Part shown: one piece after another, positions 10,295 to 20,605 of the stretch | How positions within the stretch are numbered: the stretch's first letter is position 1 | Layout of the letters: every line of letters starts with the position of its first letter | Assembly (NCBI GenBank): GCA_035299065.1 | Contig: DATGXI010000034.1 | Location: 6,232-70,231 of the forward strand | Source of the DNA: Flavobacteriales bacterium | GTDB taxonomy: Bacteria; Bacteroidota; Bacteroidia; Flavobacteriales_D; UBA2798 | DNA length: 64,000 nt | Direction: 5' to 3' | The notes under the pieces: generated by a model | What the model was told of the DNA's origin: nothing | The model's database searches: none | What the model saw: only the letters and a program-made list of their open reading frames with translations | Translations under genes and position numbers: made by a program

Positions 10295-11560
10295 CTAGTT
10301 AAGCCCTACAGGCTGCTCAACCAATTTTTCATTGGCAGCTGTTTCAATAATAATTTCTTTTGCCATTTTCATGGGCACCGAAATGTATTTCTTTTCCATG
10401 TACTCAACCACTTTTTGCAATACTTCGCGGCTGTTTTCGTCCATGTTGGCTATGTCTTTGGCAAATATTGAGTTCATTGCCATTTCCCTGATTTCTTTTA
10501 TTTTTTGCGGAACCTCGCACATGGCGCGTTCGATCTGCCGGATTTTGAATACATCTTTAAACTCCGAGAAATGCTCATCAATCATTTTATGGCAATGCAC
10601 CATTTCTTTTTCACGCTCACGCAAGTTACTCTCGGCAACGGTTTTTAAATAATCAACCGAAATGTATTTTGTTTTGTTATTCTTTAAAATTACAGGATCA
10701 ACATCGGTTGGAATGGCAAGGTCAATGATGAACTTCAAATCAGTTTCGCCATTTAACAGCGATGTATATACTTCGGGTGTAATAATGTACTCACTTGAGG
10801 CAGTACAGGTAATAAGCACATCAAAACCTTTTTTGTACTCCATTATTTCTGCCAGTTCTTTTGAATCGCACTTTAATTCTGCCGCCAGTGAAAGTCCATT
10901 TGCAACAGAGCGGTTAAATACAACAAAATTGGTGTACCCGTATTTTTTTAAAAAACGCGCCATGTTGGTATTGGTTTGACCCGCACCAATAAATAAAATA
11001 CGTGCATCGTTTTTAACATTGTATTCTTCAAGGCGTTTAAAAGCCAGGGATACAACCGACACAGGCTTTGTTGCAATATTTGTTTTGCTGTAAATTTCTT
11101 TGGCCGTTTCAATGGTTTTTTTCACAACCAGTCGAATCCCGTCACCGGTTAATCCCATGTCTTTTGATTTTTCAAAAGCTGAACGTACCTGGGTTATGAT
11201 TTCGCGCTCGCCAACCACCATTGAGTCAAGTGATGAAGCTACATTAAATACGTGTTTGATGGCTTCTTCGCCAACGTAATGTTCTGATGATTTTACGGCA
11301 GCGTGTAGTTGTGTTTCGGTCCACTGCGGATTAAATGCCATGTAAAACCCAACCAAAAACTCATCGTCCAAAGCTTCCTTTGTTACAAAGTAAAATTCAA
11401 CGCGGTTACAGGTTGAGAGGTACATCAACTCATCCAGTTTAGCAGCACTTTTTAAATGATGCAAACGCTTTGATTGATCCTCATCGCTGATGTGAAATTT
11501 TCCGACTTCGTTTAACCCGTTTAATCGATGGGTTATGGCTATAACTTTAAAATGGTCCAA
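10295..11560 (-). CDS. hemA: glutamyl-tRNA reductase
   Basis: 421 aa. STCNRVEFY catalytic-Cys motif and GAGQTN NADPH-binding loop. Confidence 0.9.
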   Translation of the reverse strand: MDHFKVIAITHRLNGLNEVGKFHISDEDQSKRLHHLKSAAKLDELMYLSTCNRVEFYFVTKEALDDEFLVGFYMAFNPQWTETQLHAAVKSSEHYVGEEAIKHVFNVASSLDSMVVGEREIITQVRSAFEKSKDMGLTGDGIRLVVKKTIETAKEIYSKTNIATKPVSVVSLAFKRLEEYNVKNDARILFIGAGQTNTNMARFLKKYGYTNFVVFNRSVANGLSLAAELKCDSKELAEIMEYKKGFDVLITCTASSEYIITPEVYTSLLNGETDLKFIIDLAIPTDVDPVILKNNKTKYISVDYLKTVAESNLREREKEMVHCHKMIDEHFSEFKDVFKIRQIERAMCEVPQKIKEIREMAMNSIFAKDIANMDENSREVLQKVVEYMEKKYISVPMKMAKEIIIETAANEKLVEQPVGLN

Positions 11561-11846
11561 TGCGCTCGTTTTCTCCTATACAAATTTCGCGAAACGTTTA
11601 GTGGGAATTGTCATGGAATTGTCAGTTTTTTTATTTGGAATTTGTCTAAATTTAAAACCAAACGAATGACTGTCAGTTATTTATGTTTTTGAACCTCATT
11701 TACTGGCCTGCTTAAGCGTTTTGTAAAAATTGATTTTACTTGAGTAAATGCATCAGCGACTTACAAAATCATCATATAGCCATTGCAGGTATGCTTTAGC
11801 AAAACCAAGGCCTTTTGCCGTACCATATTCCTTTTTTGTTTGCAAT

Positions 11847-13586
11847 TCATAGGACGGCAGTGCTATCGGTTATTAATGCCATTACATATTCTGTTGCATA
11901 GTACGCAAACTTGTGTTTTGCTTTAAAGGGATCTTTCGCGAACTTGAATTTTTTTGGGTTGTATCCATAATAAGGTGATATCATTTTCAACAAATCATTT
12001 TGACCAAGTACTGAATCCCACTTTTTACCAACCAACGTGTCATTTAATGCACCTCCGGTTAACATACATAGAATTCTTTTTCCCTCAGGCCAATTCAGGT
12101 CCCGGTTGCGTGGTAAACTGTGACCATGATCGGCAACCAGCAGAAACAACGTGTTTTTATACCAACTTGTTTTTTTTGCCCTGCTGAAGTATTGACGTAA
12201 ACAGGCATCGGTATAGTAAGCTGCATTTTTAAACCTGTCAGGCATATCATTTCCCGGAAATTTTTTTTGTCCGGGAACTTCAAACGGTTCGTGAGTGCTC
12301 AGGGTTAAAACGCAGGATGCAAATGGTTCAGGCAGGGTATTTAAATGATCAATTTGCGCATCCAGTACCTTGTCGTCATGGGCTCCCCATTTACTGTTAT
12401 AATCCTTCGACTGGTAATGACTCTTATCACTTATGAATTCGAAGCCTTGTTGCACAACAAAACTCCTGGTTTGGGCAAAATTCAAATCGCCCCCATAAAA
12501 AAAAGAGGTCTGGTATTTTTTGGAATTTAAAAATGCAATAAGCGAAGGTAGTTTACGTGTTTTTTCAGGATATGCCATTATGGAATTATCAGGTTGCGCA
12601 GGGTACCCAGCCAAGATACTTACCAAACCCTGATCGGTTCGTGCTCCTGAACCATAACAATGTGTAAACAAATAACTATCTTTTATCAATTCACTGGTAA
12701 AGGGGGTTGTGTTTTTTTCACCCCCCAATTCGGCAATTATATCTGCGGTCCAGCTTTCCAGCACTATAATAACGAGGTTGGGCTTTTTTACATGGGTAAG
12801 TGCTGTGGTTTTAACAGGCCCCTCTTCCATTAAGGATTTTACATGTTTATTGCGTGCGGCCGAAGTGTAAAATTTAAACTTGTTGTTGCTGTTAAGAACG
12901 TAATATTCATATACGCTGTGTGTAAAATAATAAAATGGGTTTACCGCTGCATGATCGTTGCTTATATGCCGGGAGTAAAATGAATCGCTTTCATTTATGG
13001 GGATACCCTGTACACCGCCCCTTATGCCAATTAAAAGTAAAGGTAAGCTGGCAAGGTAAGCAAGGCCCCACCGCAGGTTTTTTATGGCTTTTTTATGGCG
13101 TCCAACAAATTTTGCATGAAACCACAAAAAACACACCAGCATCAAAACAAAGCTCAACAAGCCCACTGCAATTTGTGCTGTGGTCATAAAACGGCTAACC
13201 TCAAGCGGATTGTTCAAATAAAGCAAAATTCGTTTGCTTACTACACTTTGCCAATTAACGTAATTGATGACATTTACAAACGCAATAAATACTACCGTAA
13301 CTATCAGGCAAATGTTTATGCTGTACAAAAACCGAAAAAACCACTGCTTTTGAATAAATACGTATAAGGCCCAAAGCAAAAAAACCGGTATGAGTAAATA
13401 ACCAGCGGTTGCAACATCCAGCCTCAGTCCCGCAACAAAAATCACCAGCTTATGCCCAAATGATCCCTGAAAATAATGAAAGTTGTACATTACAAAAAAC
13501 AGACGGAAAACACTGAACAAAATCATCCAAAATAAAAAGCACCTGAATAAAAAATGATCATAGATATTTTTCAAAAGGCTTCGCAT
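11847..13586 (-). CDS. LTA-synthase-family sulfatase / phosphoglycerol transferase-like membrane enzyme
   Basis: 579 aa. Five N-terminal TM helices followed by a sulfatase domain (VLESWTAD, STHEPF, VADHGH). Confidence 0.8.
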   Translation of the reverse strand: MRSLLKNIYDHFLFRCFLFWMILFSVFRLFFVMYNFHYFQGSFGHKLVIFVAGLRLDVATAGYLLIPVFLLWALYVFIQKQWFFRFLYSINICLIVTVVFIAFVNVINYVNWQSVVSKRILLYLNNPLEVSRFMTTAQIAVGLLSFVLMLVCFLWFHAKFVGRHKKAIKNLRWGLAYLASLPLLLIGIRGGVQGIPINESDSFYSRHISNDHAAVNPFYYFTHSVYEYYVLNSNNKFKFYTSAARNKHVKSLMEEGPVKTTALTHVKKPNLVIIVLESWTADIIAELGGEKNTTPFTSELIKDSYLFTHCYGSGARTDQGLVSILAGYPAQPDNSIMAYPEKTRKLPSLIAFLNSKKYQTSFFYGGDLNFAQTRSFVVQQGFEFISDKSHYQSKDYNSKWGAHDDKVLDAQIDHLNTLPEPFASCVLTLSTHEPFEVPGQKKFPGNDMPDRFKNAAYYTDACLRQYFSRAKKTSWYKNTLFLLVADHGHSLPRNRDLNWPEGKRILCMLTGGALNDTLVGKKWDSVLGQNDLLKMISPYYGYNPKKFKFAKDPFKAKHKFAYYATEYVMALITDSTAVL

Positions 13587-13664
13587 GCTTATTGGTGATG
13601 TGTTGTAAATGTATTTTTTGATTTATGTTTAACGTTCATCCCCTAAGCTATAATTTCCATTTAT

Positions 13665-15614
13665 TTATTGCCTTACAAAATCAGCATAAATTACCTGCAA
13701 ATAGGCTTTTGCTTTTTTCATATCCTCCCTGCTTCCGGTTACAGCACCGGTATGAATTTCATACCCGGCAGCGCCCTGATTGGTAACTATACCCAAAATG
13801 TTTTCATTTGAAAAATAAGCAAATGGATAAGATGCTTTAAAGGGGTCTTTGGCAAACGGATATTTTTTTGGATCAACCTTGTAATAGGGTGCCAGCATTT
13901 TTACCAAATCGTGCTGGTTCATGACACTGTTCCATTGCTGGCCGCGCATTTCCTGCGTGAGCGCTCCACCCGTTACAATGCAAGTAATGCGCTTTGATTC
14001 AGGGGCATTTAAATTCCGGTTCATGGGTAAATGATGTCCATGATCAGCCACCAGCACAAAAAGCGTATTCTTGTACCAGTCGGTTTTTTTTACGGTTGCA
14101 AAATAGTTTTTAAGGCATTGGTCGGTGTAGTACGCTGAATTTTTAAATTTTCCTGGTTCGGTTTCATGTTCGAATTTATGCTTAATCGGAACTTCGAATG
14201 GCTCGTGGGTGCTGAGCGTTAACACACACGAAATAAACGGCTGTTTTTGCCCTGAAAGATATTTTGCCTGTGAGTCCAGAACTTTTCCATCGTGAGCTCC
14301 CCATTTACTGTTAAAATCCTTTGCATCGTAATTGCTTTTATCACTTATGTACTCAAATCCCTGCTGAATCACAAAACTTTTCATTTCAGCAAAGGTAATG
14401 TCGCCACCGTAAAAAAAGGATGACCCGTAATTTTGCTTTTTCAACTGGAAACAAAACGAAGGAAGGTTGGCAATTTTTGACGGATACGCAATTATTGAGT
14501 TGTCAGGCTGAGAGGGATATCCTGCCAATATACTTACCAGGCCCTGATCGGTTCGGTAGCCTGACCCATAACACTGTGTAAACAATAAACTTTCCTGAAT
14601 CAACTCACTGGTAAAGGGCGTAATACCTTTTTCGCCTCCCAATTCCTCAATTACATCAGCTGTCCAGCTTTCCAAAATGATAAATACAAGATTTGGATGT
14701 TTAATAGTTGTTAGCTGTATTGTGTCGCTGACCGATTCAACCATTATTTCATCAAAAAGTTTACCCGCTGCTTTTTCGGAGAAAAAAACATACTTATCAC
14801 TGACATAAAAATATTCAGATACGCTGTGAACAAAATAGTATACAGGATTAACAGCTGCATGGCAATTGGGTTCATATGCCGAATAATAGGCAGCATTTTC
14901 GTTGATGGGTGTGGTTTGAAGCCCTCCTCTCATAAATAAAAACAAAGGGGCTATTGCTAAAAAATTCAACCCCAACACACCGTATGTTTTTGCTGGTGCG
15001 TGTTCTTTTTTCACAAATTTTTTATGAAAAAAAATGGCCAGCCAGCACAAAGCAATAATGAGTATGGGCGACAGTATTAATTGTGCGGTACTCATGAAAT
15101 GCGACACTTCAGAAATATTTTCAAAATACAACAACACCCGTTTGTTTATAGGCGTTTGCCAGTTGGCATAATTGCCAATATTCATTAAACAAATAAAAAC
15201 AACAGGTACTGTCAACACAATGGTAACATACCGTGCTACAACAAGTAAAAATTTTCGTTTAAAGCCAATGTAAAACATCCATAGCAAAAAAGCGGGTGCA
15301 ACCAAAAAAGCGGCCATGGCACTATCCAAACGCACTGCTGCAAAAAACAAAAGCATTTTATGCCCAAAACCACCTTGCAGGAATTTATAATTCATGATCA
15401 CGAATAACAAACGCATCACAAAAAAAAGGGCCATCCAGTACAGGAATGTTTTTACAAGAAAGTGGCGGTAGATATTGAGGATTTTTTGCTTCAAGGTTTG
15501 TAAAGATAAGGATTTCCGCAAATTGTTAGCCACATAGCGCGACTTCGTCACGTTTAAAGAAACATCTACAATTTCGATTTGGGAACGATTAGCCTCACAG
15601 GTCGCTTTCACCAA
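13665..15614 (-). CDS. LTA-synthase-family sulfatase (tandem paralog)
   Basis: Same architecture and motifs (ILESWTAD, STHEPF, VADHGH). The annotated ATG overlaps rnhB by 20 bp. Alignment with the paralog's N-terminus (LLKNIYDH vs ILNIYRH) suggests a later start, e.g. TTG at 15494. Confidence 0.8.
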   Translation of the reverse strand: MVKATCEANRSQIEIVDVSLNVTKSRYVANNLRKSLSLQTLKQKILNIYRHFLVKTFLYWMALFFVMRLLFVIMNYKFLQGGFGHKMLLFFAAVRLDSAMAAFLVAPAFLLWMFYIGFKRKFLLVVARYVTIVLTVPVVFICLMNIGNYANWQTPINKRVLLYFENISEVSHFMSTAQLILSPILIIALCWLAIFFHKKFVKKEHAPAKTYGVLGLNFLAIAPLFLFMRGGLQTTPINENAAYYSAYEPNCHAAVNPVYYFVHSVSEYFYVSDKYVFFSEKAAGKLFDEIMVESVSDTIQLTTIKHPNLVFIILESWTADVIEELGGEKGITPFTSELIQESLLFTQCYGSGYRTDQGLVSILAGYPSQPDNSIIAYPSKIANLPSFCFQLKKQNYGSSFFYGGDITFAEMKSFVIQQGFEYISDKSNYDAKDFNSKWGAHDGKVLDSQAKYLSGQKQPFISCVLTLSTHEPFEVPIKHKFEHETEPGKFKNSAYYTDQCLKNYFATVKKTDWYKNTLFVLVADHGHHLPMNRNLNAPESKRITCIVTGGALTQEMRGQQWNSVMNQHDLVKMLAPYYKVDPKKYPFAKDPFKASYPFAYFSNENILGIVTNQGAAGYEIHTGAVTGSREDMKKAKAYLQVIYADFVRQ

Positions 15615-16224
15615 ACAATTCCAACTGCTCGGCCGGCAACAAGGTAAAACTCATGCGGTGGTATTTACAGGCACCATGTTTAGCAATGGCATCGCGGTGT
15701 TCCTGTGTGGGATAACCTTTATTCTGTATCCAGTTATAGTGTGAAAATTCCTCGTGTAATTTTTTCATCCATTCATCGCGGTAGGTTTTTGCTAAAATAG
15801 AAGCAGCAGCAATGCTCATGTATTTTCCATCGCCTTTAATTACACAGGTATGTTTTATGTTTTTATATGGAATAAACCGGTTTCCATCAATCAAAATATG
15901 TTCAGGAACCTGGGTAAGCTGGTCAAGCGCCAGGTGCATGGAATAAAACGAGGCTTTTAAAATATTTACTTCATCAATTTGCTCATTGGTATAATACCCC
16001 ACTGCATATGTTATGGCTGCTTTTTCAATTTCAATGCGCAATTCGGCACGTTGATCATGTGTAAGTTTTTTGGAATCGTCTAAGTATTTATTGCGGTAAT
16101 TTTTTGGAAGAATGACGGCAGCTGCCACAACAGGCCCTGCCAGGCAACCGCGGCCAGCTTCATCGCAACCGGCTTCAACCAAATTTTTATCAAAGTATTT
16201 TTTTAGCACGTGCTGTTTTTTCAA
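15595..16224 (-). CDS. rnhB: ribonuclease HII
   Basis: 209 aa with a GCDEAGRGCLAGPVV motif. Confidence 0.9.
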   Translation of the reverse strand: MKKQHVLKKYFDKNLVEAGCDEAGRGCLAGPVVAAAVILPKNYRNKYLDDSKKLTHDQRAELRIEIEKAAITYAVGYYTNEQIDEVNILKASFYSMHLALDQLTQVPEHILIDGNRFIPYKNIKHTCVIKGDGKYMSIAAASILAKTYRDEWMKKLHEEFSHYNWIQNKGYPTQEHRDAIAKHGACKYHRMSFTLLPAEQLELFGESDL

Positions 16225-17362
16225 TTACACTCCACACAATTTCTGCTGTTTTGTCCCAGCTAAAATCGGCAGCGCGTTTTTTCCCTTTTTCAATCAGGTC
16301 CCGTTCCAAAGCTGAATCTATGTAAAATTCATGCATTGTTTTTGCCATATCATCAACATCAAAGGCATTAAAATAAACAGCGGCATTGGCCGCAACTTCC
16401 GGAAAACAGGTTGCGTTTGAACAAATTACGGGACATTCGCACTGCATGGCCTCAATTAAAGGTATGCCAAATCCTTCAAAATAACTCGGGAAAACCAGCG
16501 CTTTAGCCCCTGAATAGGCTTTCACCAAATCTTCGCGGGTTAGGTGCCCGGCAAAAATTACATCGTTTTTAAATTTCATGCCCTCAAATGTTTTGTTCAT
16601 TGAGGTTGTCCAGTTGTATTTGTTCCCCACCAAAACAAGGTTTACTTTTTTTTGGGTGTTTTGCCTGAACTTATCAAAGGCGAGCAGCAAGCGCTCAATG
16701 TTTTTTCGGGCATGAATTGATCCTACTGACAAAAAGTAATCGTTTTCCAATGAAAACTTTTTTCTCAGGTCAATTATGTTGGCCGATTTTTTAAAACTTT
16801 CATCGGCACTGTTATACCCTACTGTTATTTTTTCGGGATCAATTTGGTATGTTTTTGCAATGTCATTTTTTGAAAATTCGGATACGGTTAAAATATGATC
16901 GGCTTTTTTTGCAAAAAGCGGAAAATATTTTTTGTAGTAGCGAATGATGTGCGGTTTTAAATCATTGGGATAATGCTCAAAGTTCAAATCATGGATTACG
17001 GCAATTTGAGGTATGTTGGTTCGCAAACTCATGTACCCGTCAGGACTCACAAACAGCTGGGCCTTATGCTTTTTAAGTATTCTTGGCACAACCTTTTCAA
17101 ACCACCAGTAAAAAAGCCAGGGGTGGCGGGCTTTGGGCCCGGCCTTTACGGCAGTTACATTTGGCCCGTATACAAAGGCGTTGTCATAGTCCCTGTCAAA
17201 TATAAAAATAAACTCATGTTCAGGGTGTTGGGCAACAATTCGCTTAAATACTTCGTGCGTATACCAGCCAAATCCTTCCATTTTACCGGTAATTAAAAAA
17301 CGTGTATTTACAGCTATACGCAATTGAAAAAGAATTAGGGATGCAATATTATTAAAATGCAC
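16190..17362 (-). CDS. glycosyltransferase family 4 (GT-B)
   Basis: 390 aa. RIAVNTRFL N-terminus and C-terminal EGFGIPLIEAM motif. Confidence 0.8.
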   Translation of the reverse strand: MHFNNIASLILFQLRIAVNTRFLITGKMEGFGWYTHEVFKRIVAQHPEHEFIFIFDRDYDNAFVYGPNVTAVKAGPKARHPWLFYWWFEKVVPRILKKHKAQLFVSPDGYMSLRTNIPQIAVIHDLNFEHYPNDLKPHIIRYYKKYFPLFAKKADHILTVSEFSKNDIAKTYQIDPEKITVGYNSADESFKKSANIIDLRKKFSLENDYFLSVGSIHARKNIERLLLAFDKFRQNTQKKVNLVLVGNKYNWTTSMNKTFEGMKFKNDVIFAGHLTREDLVKAYSGAKALVFPSYFEGFGIPLIEAMQCECPVICSNATCFPEVAANAAVYFNAFDVDDMAKTMHEFYIDSALERDLIEKGKKRAADFSWDKTAEIVWSVIEKTARAKKIL

Positions 17363-17371
17363 GAGTTTAAT

Positions 17372-17379
17372 TACATTTG
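17372..17379 (+). promoter_or_regulatory. candidate -7 box (TACATTTG)
   Basis: Matches TAnnTTTG, 22 nt upstream of the ATG at 17402. Confidence 0.35.
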
Positions 17380-17401
17380 CCCACCTTTTTAAAATCTTTT
17401 A

Positions 17402-18394
17402 ATGGAAAATAAACCCTTAAATGCCGAACCATTATTGGTGCTGATATGGAAAAACCGTAAGCTCTTTATTGTGGTTGGCCTTCTTGCCGCTATTGTTTCT
17501 TCTGTAGCCTCATTCATGATTCCAATTAAATACAAAGCAGCGTGTACCATGTTTCCCTCAAAAACACATAGCTTGTCAATGGTTGAGCGTGGTATTCCCG
17601 CTCACGGTGTTGAGTTATTTGGTGAGGAAGAAGAGGGCGAACGCATGCTTGCCATTCTGAATTCAAGCGCACTCATGAATAGTATGATTGATAAGTATAA
17701 ACTTTTCAAACACTACAACATTGATGTAAAAAGCGAAACCAAAAATGACCAGATGGCCGGGGCCATTCGTGAACACATTCAGTTTGAACGTACGCGTTAC
17801 GGGTCAGTAAACATCATTGTTTGGGACCAAAATCCCGACACCGCAGCATTGATTGCCAATGATTTGGGACGTAGCTTTGACAAGGTAATGAACAGCATGA
17901 TTGCCGAAGGTCAAATGCAAAACTATTCGTCACTGGAACGCGAATACCAATCGCTTTTGCAACAGGTAAAAGAAGTACAGGATACCATGCGTTATTTTGA
18001 AAATTTAGGCGTGGTAAGCGATGAAGAGCCCTGGGCTGCGTTAATTCAGCGCGAAACCGAAGCGTTGATGCGTGGCGGCAAAGCATTGCAGGACATACAA
18101 CCTGTAATGGAAGCAAACCGCAAATACCGCAGTATTTACCGTTCATTTTTTACCAAAGAGCCATTCCTTCAAAAACGTGTTGAGGCATTAAAAAGTAATT
18201 TGGATCAATTGCAAAGCGATGCGCGTTCAACCATGGCACACAAATACATTGCCGATTATGCATCGCCTCCTGATAAAAAAGCATATCCGGTACGCTGGCT
18301 GGTAGTAGTTGTATCAACCGTTTCCACCATTTTCCTTTTACTAACATTGCTTGTAATCCTTCAAAAGATTAAGCAATTGCAGGCACAGGTGTAG
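17402..18394 (+). CDS. polysaccharide chain-length-determinant-like (Wzz-type) membrane protein
   Basis: 330 aa. N-terminal TM after a LxxIWKNRK box, a long coiled soluble region, and a C-terminal TM. Sits next to GT4 and O-antigen ligase-like genes. Confidence 0.45.
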   Translation: MENKPLNAEPLLVLIWKNRKLFIVVGLLAAIVSSVASFMIPIKYKAACTMFPSKTHSLSMVERGIPAHGVELFGEEEEGERMLAILNSSALMNSMIDKYKLFKHYNIDVKSETKNDQMAGAIREHIQFERTRYGSVNIIVWDQNPDTAALIANDLGRSFDKVMNSMIAEGQMQNYSSLEREYQSLLQQVKEVQDTMRYFENLGVVSDEEPWAALIQRETEALMRGGKALQDIQPVMEANRKYRSIYRSFFTKEPFLQKRVEALKSNLDQLQSDARSTMAHKYIADYASPPDKKAYPVRWLVVVVSTVSTIFLLLTLLVILQKIKQLQAQV

Positions 18395-18432
18395 TGTTCC
18401 AGATTTTTGATTTCAAATTTCAGATTTAGCCT

Positions 18433-19860
18433 ATGACACTCCCCCTAAATAAACGCATATTGGGCATTTCACTTGCCTTTATACTGCTGTTATTTGTGGC
18501 CTTATTAAAAGAGTGGTACATTGTTGTGGGTGTTCCGTTGGTTATTTTTACCGTTTATGCTATTCTGTACCAGCCAAAGTGGGCGCTTTTCATGGTGGCT
18601 TTTTTTGTTCCGCTGTCCATTAACACCGATAATCTTTTTGCCTCGCCCATGGCCCTTTTTGTGCCCACCGAGCCCATTCTTATTGCGCTCATGGTCATTT
18701 ACTTTTTCGTGCACATGGTTCACAATGTTTTTGACAACCGTATTTTTTCTCATCCTATTTTTTTGGCATACTGCGTATACATGTGCTGGGTGTTCATTAC
18801 CTCGCTGGTAAGCATGGACCCCGTGGTATCGCTTAAATATTTAATTGCGCATTGCTGGTTATTTTTTCCCGTATTTATTTTTTCGGCACAAACATTTAAG
18901 GACAAAGCCAGCATTCGTATTTTTTTCGGGCTTATGATAGCCAGTATGAGCATTGTTGCATTTTACACCCTGGTGCGCCACTCGGGTTATGCGTTTGAGG
19001 AAAAACCAGCGCACTGGGTGATGGAACCTTTTTTTAAGGACCATACCTCCTACGGTGCCATACTTGCACTTATTTTTCCAATAATCATTGGCATGATTGT
19101 GTCGAAGGAAAAAGTTGATTTTGCGCATTCGCTTTTATATGGTGTAATTGTGCTTTTTTTATTTGCCCTGGTATTTAGTTACACACGTGCGGCCTGGTTA
19201 AGCCTTGTTGCCATACTGGGCATATGGGGCGTTATTTATTTCCGCATTCGTTTCAGTACACTGGTTATTCTTGCACTTGGTGCAGGTTTTTTATTTTTTG
19301 TTTCGTATGACAACATCATACGCGACCTCTCAAAAAATGAACAGGACTCATCGGGCGATTTTAGCGAACACATTACATCTGTTTCCAACATCAGTACCGA
19401 TGCCTCCAACCTTGAACGGTTAAACCGGTGGGATTGTGCCATGACCATGTACCACAAAAAGCCGTGGATGGGTTGGGGCCCTGGAACCTACCAGTTTTAT
19501 TATGCCCCCTTTCAACGTGCCGAAAACCTAACCATCATATCAACCTTTAATGCTGACGGAGGTAATGCACACAGTGAGTATTTAGGCCCGCTTGCCGAAA
19601 CAGGTTTACCCGGTTTAATTTTATTTGCGTTCGTGGTTATTGTGGTTTTTTATTGCGCATTTCGCAATTACCATTACATTGAAGACCGCAGGTTGCGTAT
19701 GCTGTACATTTCGGCCATTCTTGGTTTGTGTACCTATTTTATTCACGGTTTCCTTAATAATTATTTGGATACCGATAAGGCCGCTGTTCCTGTTTGGGGC
19801 ATTGCAGGTTTGATTGCTTCGGTTGATTTGTTTCACCGGGGAAAGAAAAAAGTGGTGTAA
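18433..19860 (+). CDS. O-antigen ligase/polymerase-family membrane protein
   Basis: 475 aa, about 10-12 TM helices, Wzy_C-like segment (FSYTRAAWLSL), large late periplasmic loop. Confidence 0.7.
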   Translation: MTLPLNKRILGISLAFILLLFVALLKEWYIVVGVPLVIFTVYAILYQPKWALFMVAFFVPLSINTDNLFASPMALFVPTEPILIALMVIYFFVHMVHNVFDNRIFSHPIFLAYCVYMCWVFITSLVSMDPVVSLKYLIAHCWLFFPVFIFSAQTFKDKASIRIFFGLMIASMSIVAFYTLVRHSGYAFEEKPAHWVMEPFFKDHTSYGAILALIFPIIIGMIVSKEKVDFAHSLLYGVIVLFLFALVFSYTRAAWLSLVAILGIWGVIYFRIRFSTLVILALGAGFLFFVSYDNIIRDLSKNEQDSSGDFSEHITSVSNISTDASNLERLNRWDCAMTMYHKKPWMGWGPGTYQFYYAPFQRAENLTIISTFNADGGNAHSEYLGPLAETGLPGLILFAFVVIVVFYCAFRNYHYIEDRRLRMLYISAILGLCTYFIHGFLNNYLDTDKAAVPVWGIAGLIASVDLFHRGKKKVV

Positions 19861-19953
19861 TCCTTTTACCTACGCGCTAAGGTGCTATTTGTGCCCGGCT
19901 ACCAGCTACAAAACTTAATTGATTAATTCATAATTGATAATTGATAATTATTT

Positions 19954-19961
19954 TACCTTTG
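19954..19961 (+). promoter_or_regulatory. candidate -7 box (TACCTTTG)
   Basis: Matches TAnnTTTG, 4 nt before the purN ATG. This would imply a near-leaderless mRNA. Confidence 0.3.
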
Positions 19962-19965
19962 GAGG

Positions 19966-20538
19966 ATGAAACACGTAGCCATTTTCGCATCGGGTAAAGG
20001 TTCCAATGTTGAGAATTTACTGGCGCATTTCAACAATCATTCATCCATCAAAATCTCATTACTTGTTTCAAACAATGCCCAGGCTGGCGCCATTGACATA
20101 GCAAAAAAAAATAATGTTGATGTATTGGTGCTTGACAAAGACCAAACTGCTGATGGAAATTTCATTGTTGCGGCACTTGCATCAAAAAAAATAAATTATG
20201 TCATACTTGCCGGGTATTTAAAAATTATACCTGTTGAGCTCATACATGCTTACCCTGAAAAAATCATCAACATACACCCTGCCCTGCTTCCAAAATTTGG
20301 CGGCAAAGGTATGTATGGTTCACATATTCATAAAGCCGTGGTGCAAAGTGGCGAAACTCAATCAGGTATTACCATTCATTTTGTGAATGAAGAATATGAC
20401 AAAGGCCGAATTATTGCGCAAAAAGCAGTTAAATTAGAGCCAGGCGACAGTTTTAACGAAGTAGAAAATAAAGTACGTTCACTGGAAATGCAATGGTTCC
20501 CAAAAATTGTTGAAGAGGTGATTTCAGGCAGGAAATGA
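19966..20538 (+). CDS. purN: phosphoribosylglycinamide formyltransferase
   Basis: 190 aa. AIFASGKGSN and NIHPALLPKFGGKGMYG motifs. Confidence 0.9.
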   Translation: MKHVAIFASGKGSNVENLLAHFNNHSSIKISLLVSNNAQAGAIDIAKKNNVDVLVLDKDQTADGNFIVAALASKKINYVILAGYLKIIPVELIHAYPEKIINIHPALLPKFGGKGMYGSHIHKAVVQSGETQSGITIHFVNEEYDKGRIIAQKAVKLEPGDSFNEVENKVRSLEMQWFPKIVEEVISGRK

Positions 20539-20605
20539 ATACTACATTAACTACAGGCCACCAATAACACGGATTCAATAAATAATCAAGGCAAAAAAAG
20601 AATAA

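Noticed and set aside
18395-19965. Short low-complexity intergenic motifs, e.g. CAGATTTTTGATTTCAAATTTCAGATTTAG at 18400-18430, GATAATTGATAATTGATAATT near 19930, GTGAGATTTGAG repeats at 39610-39650, and CTGCAAACTGCAAACT near 10285.
   Set aside because: These are real simple repeats, but they are very short and heterogeneous. I cannot attribute a function or family to them from this window alone.
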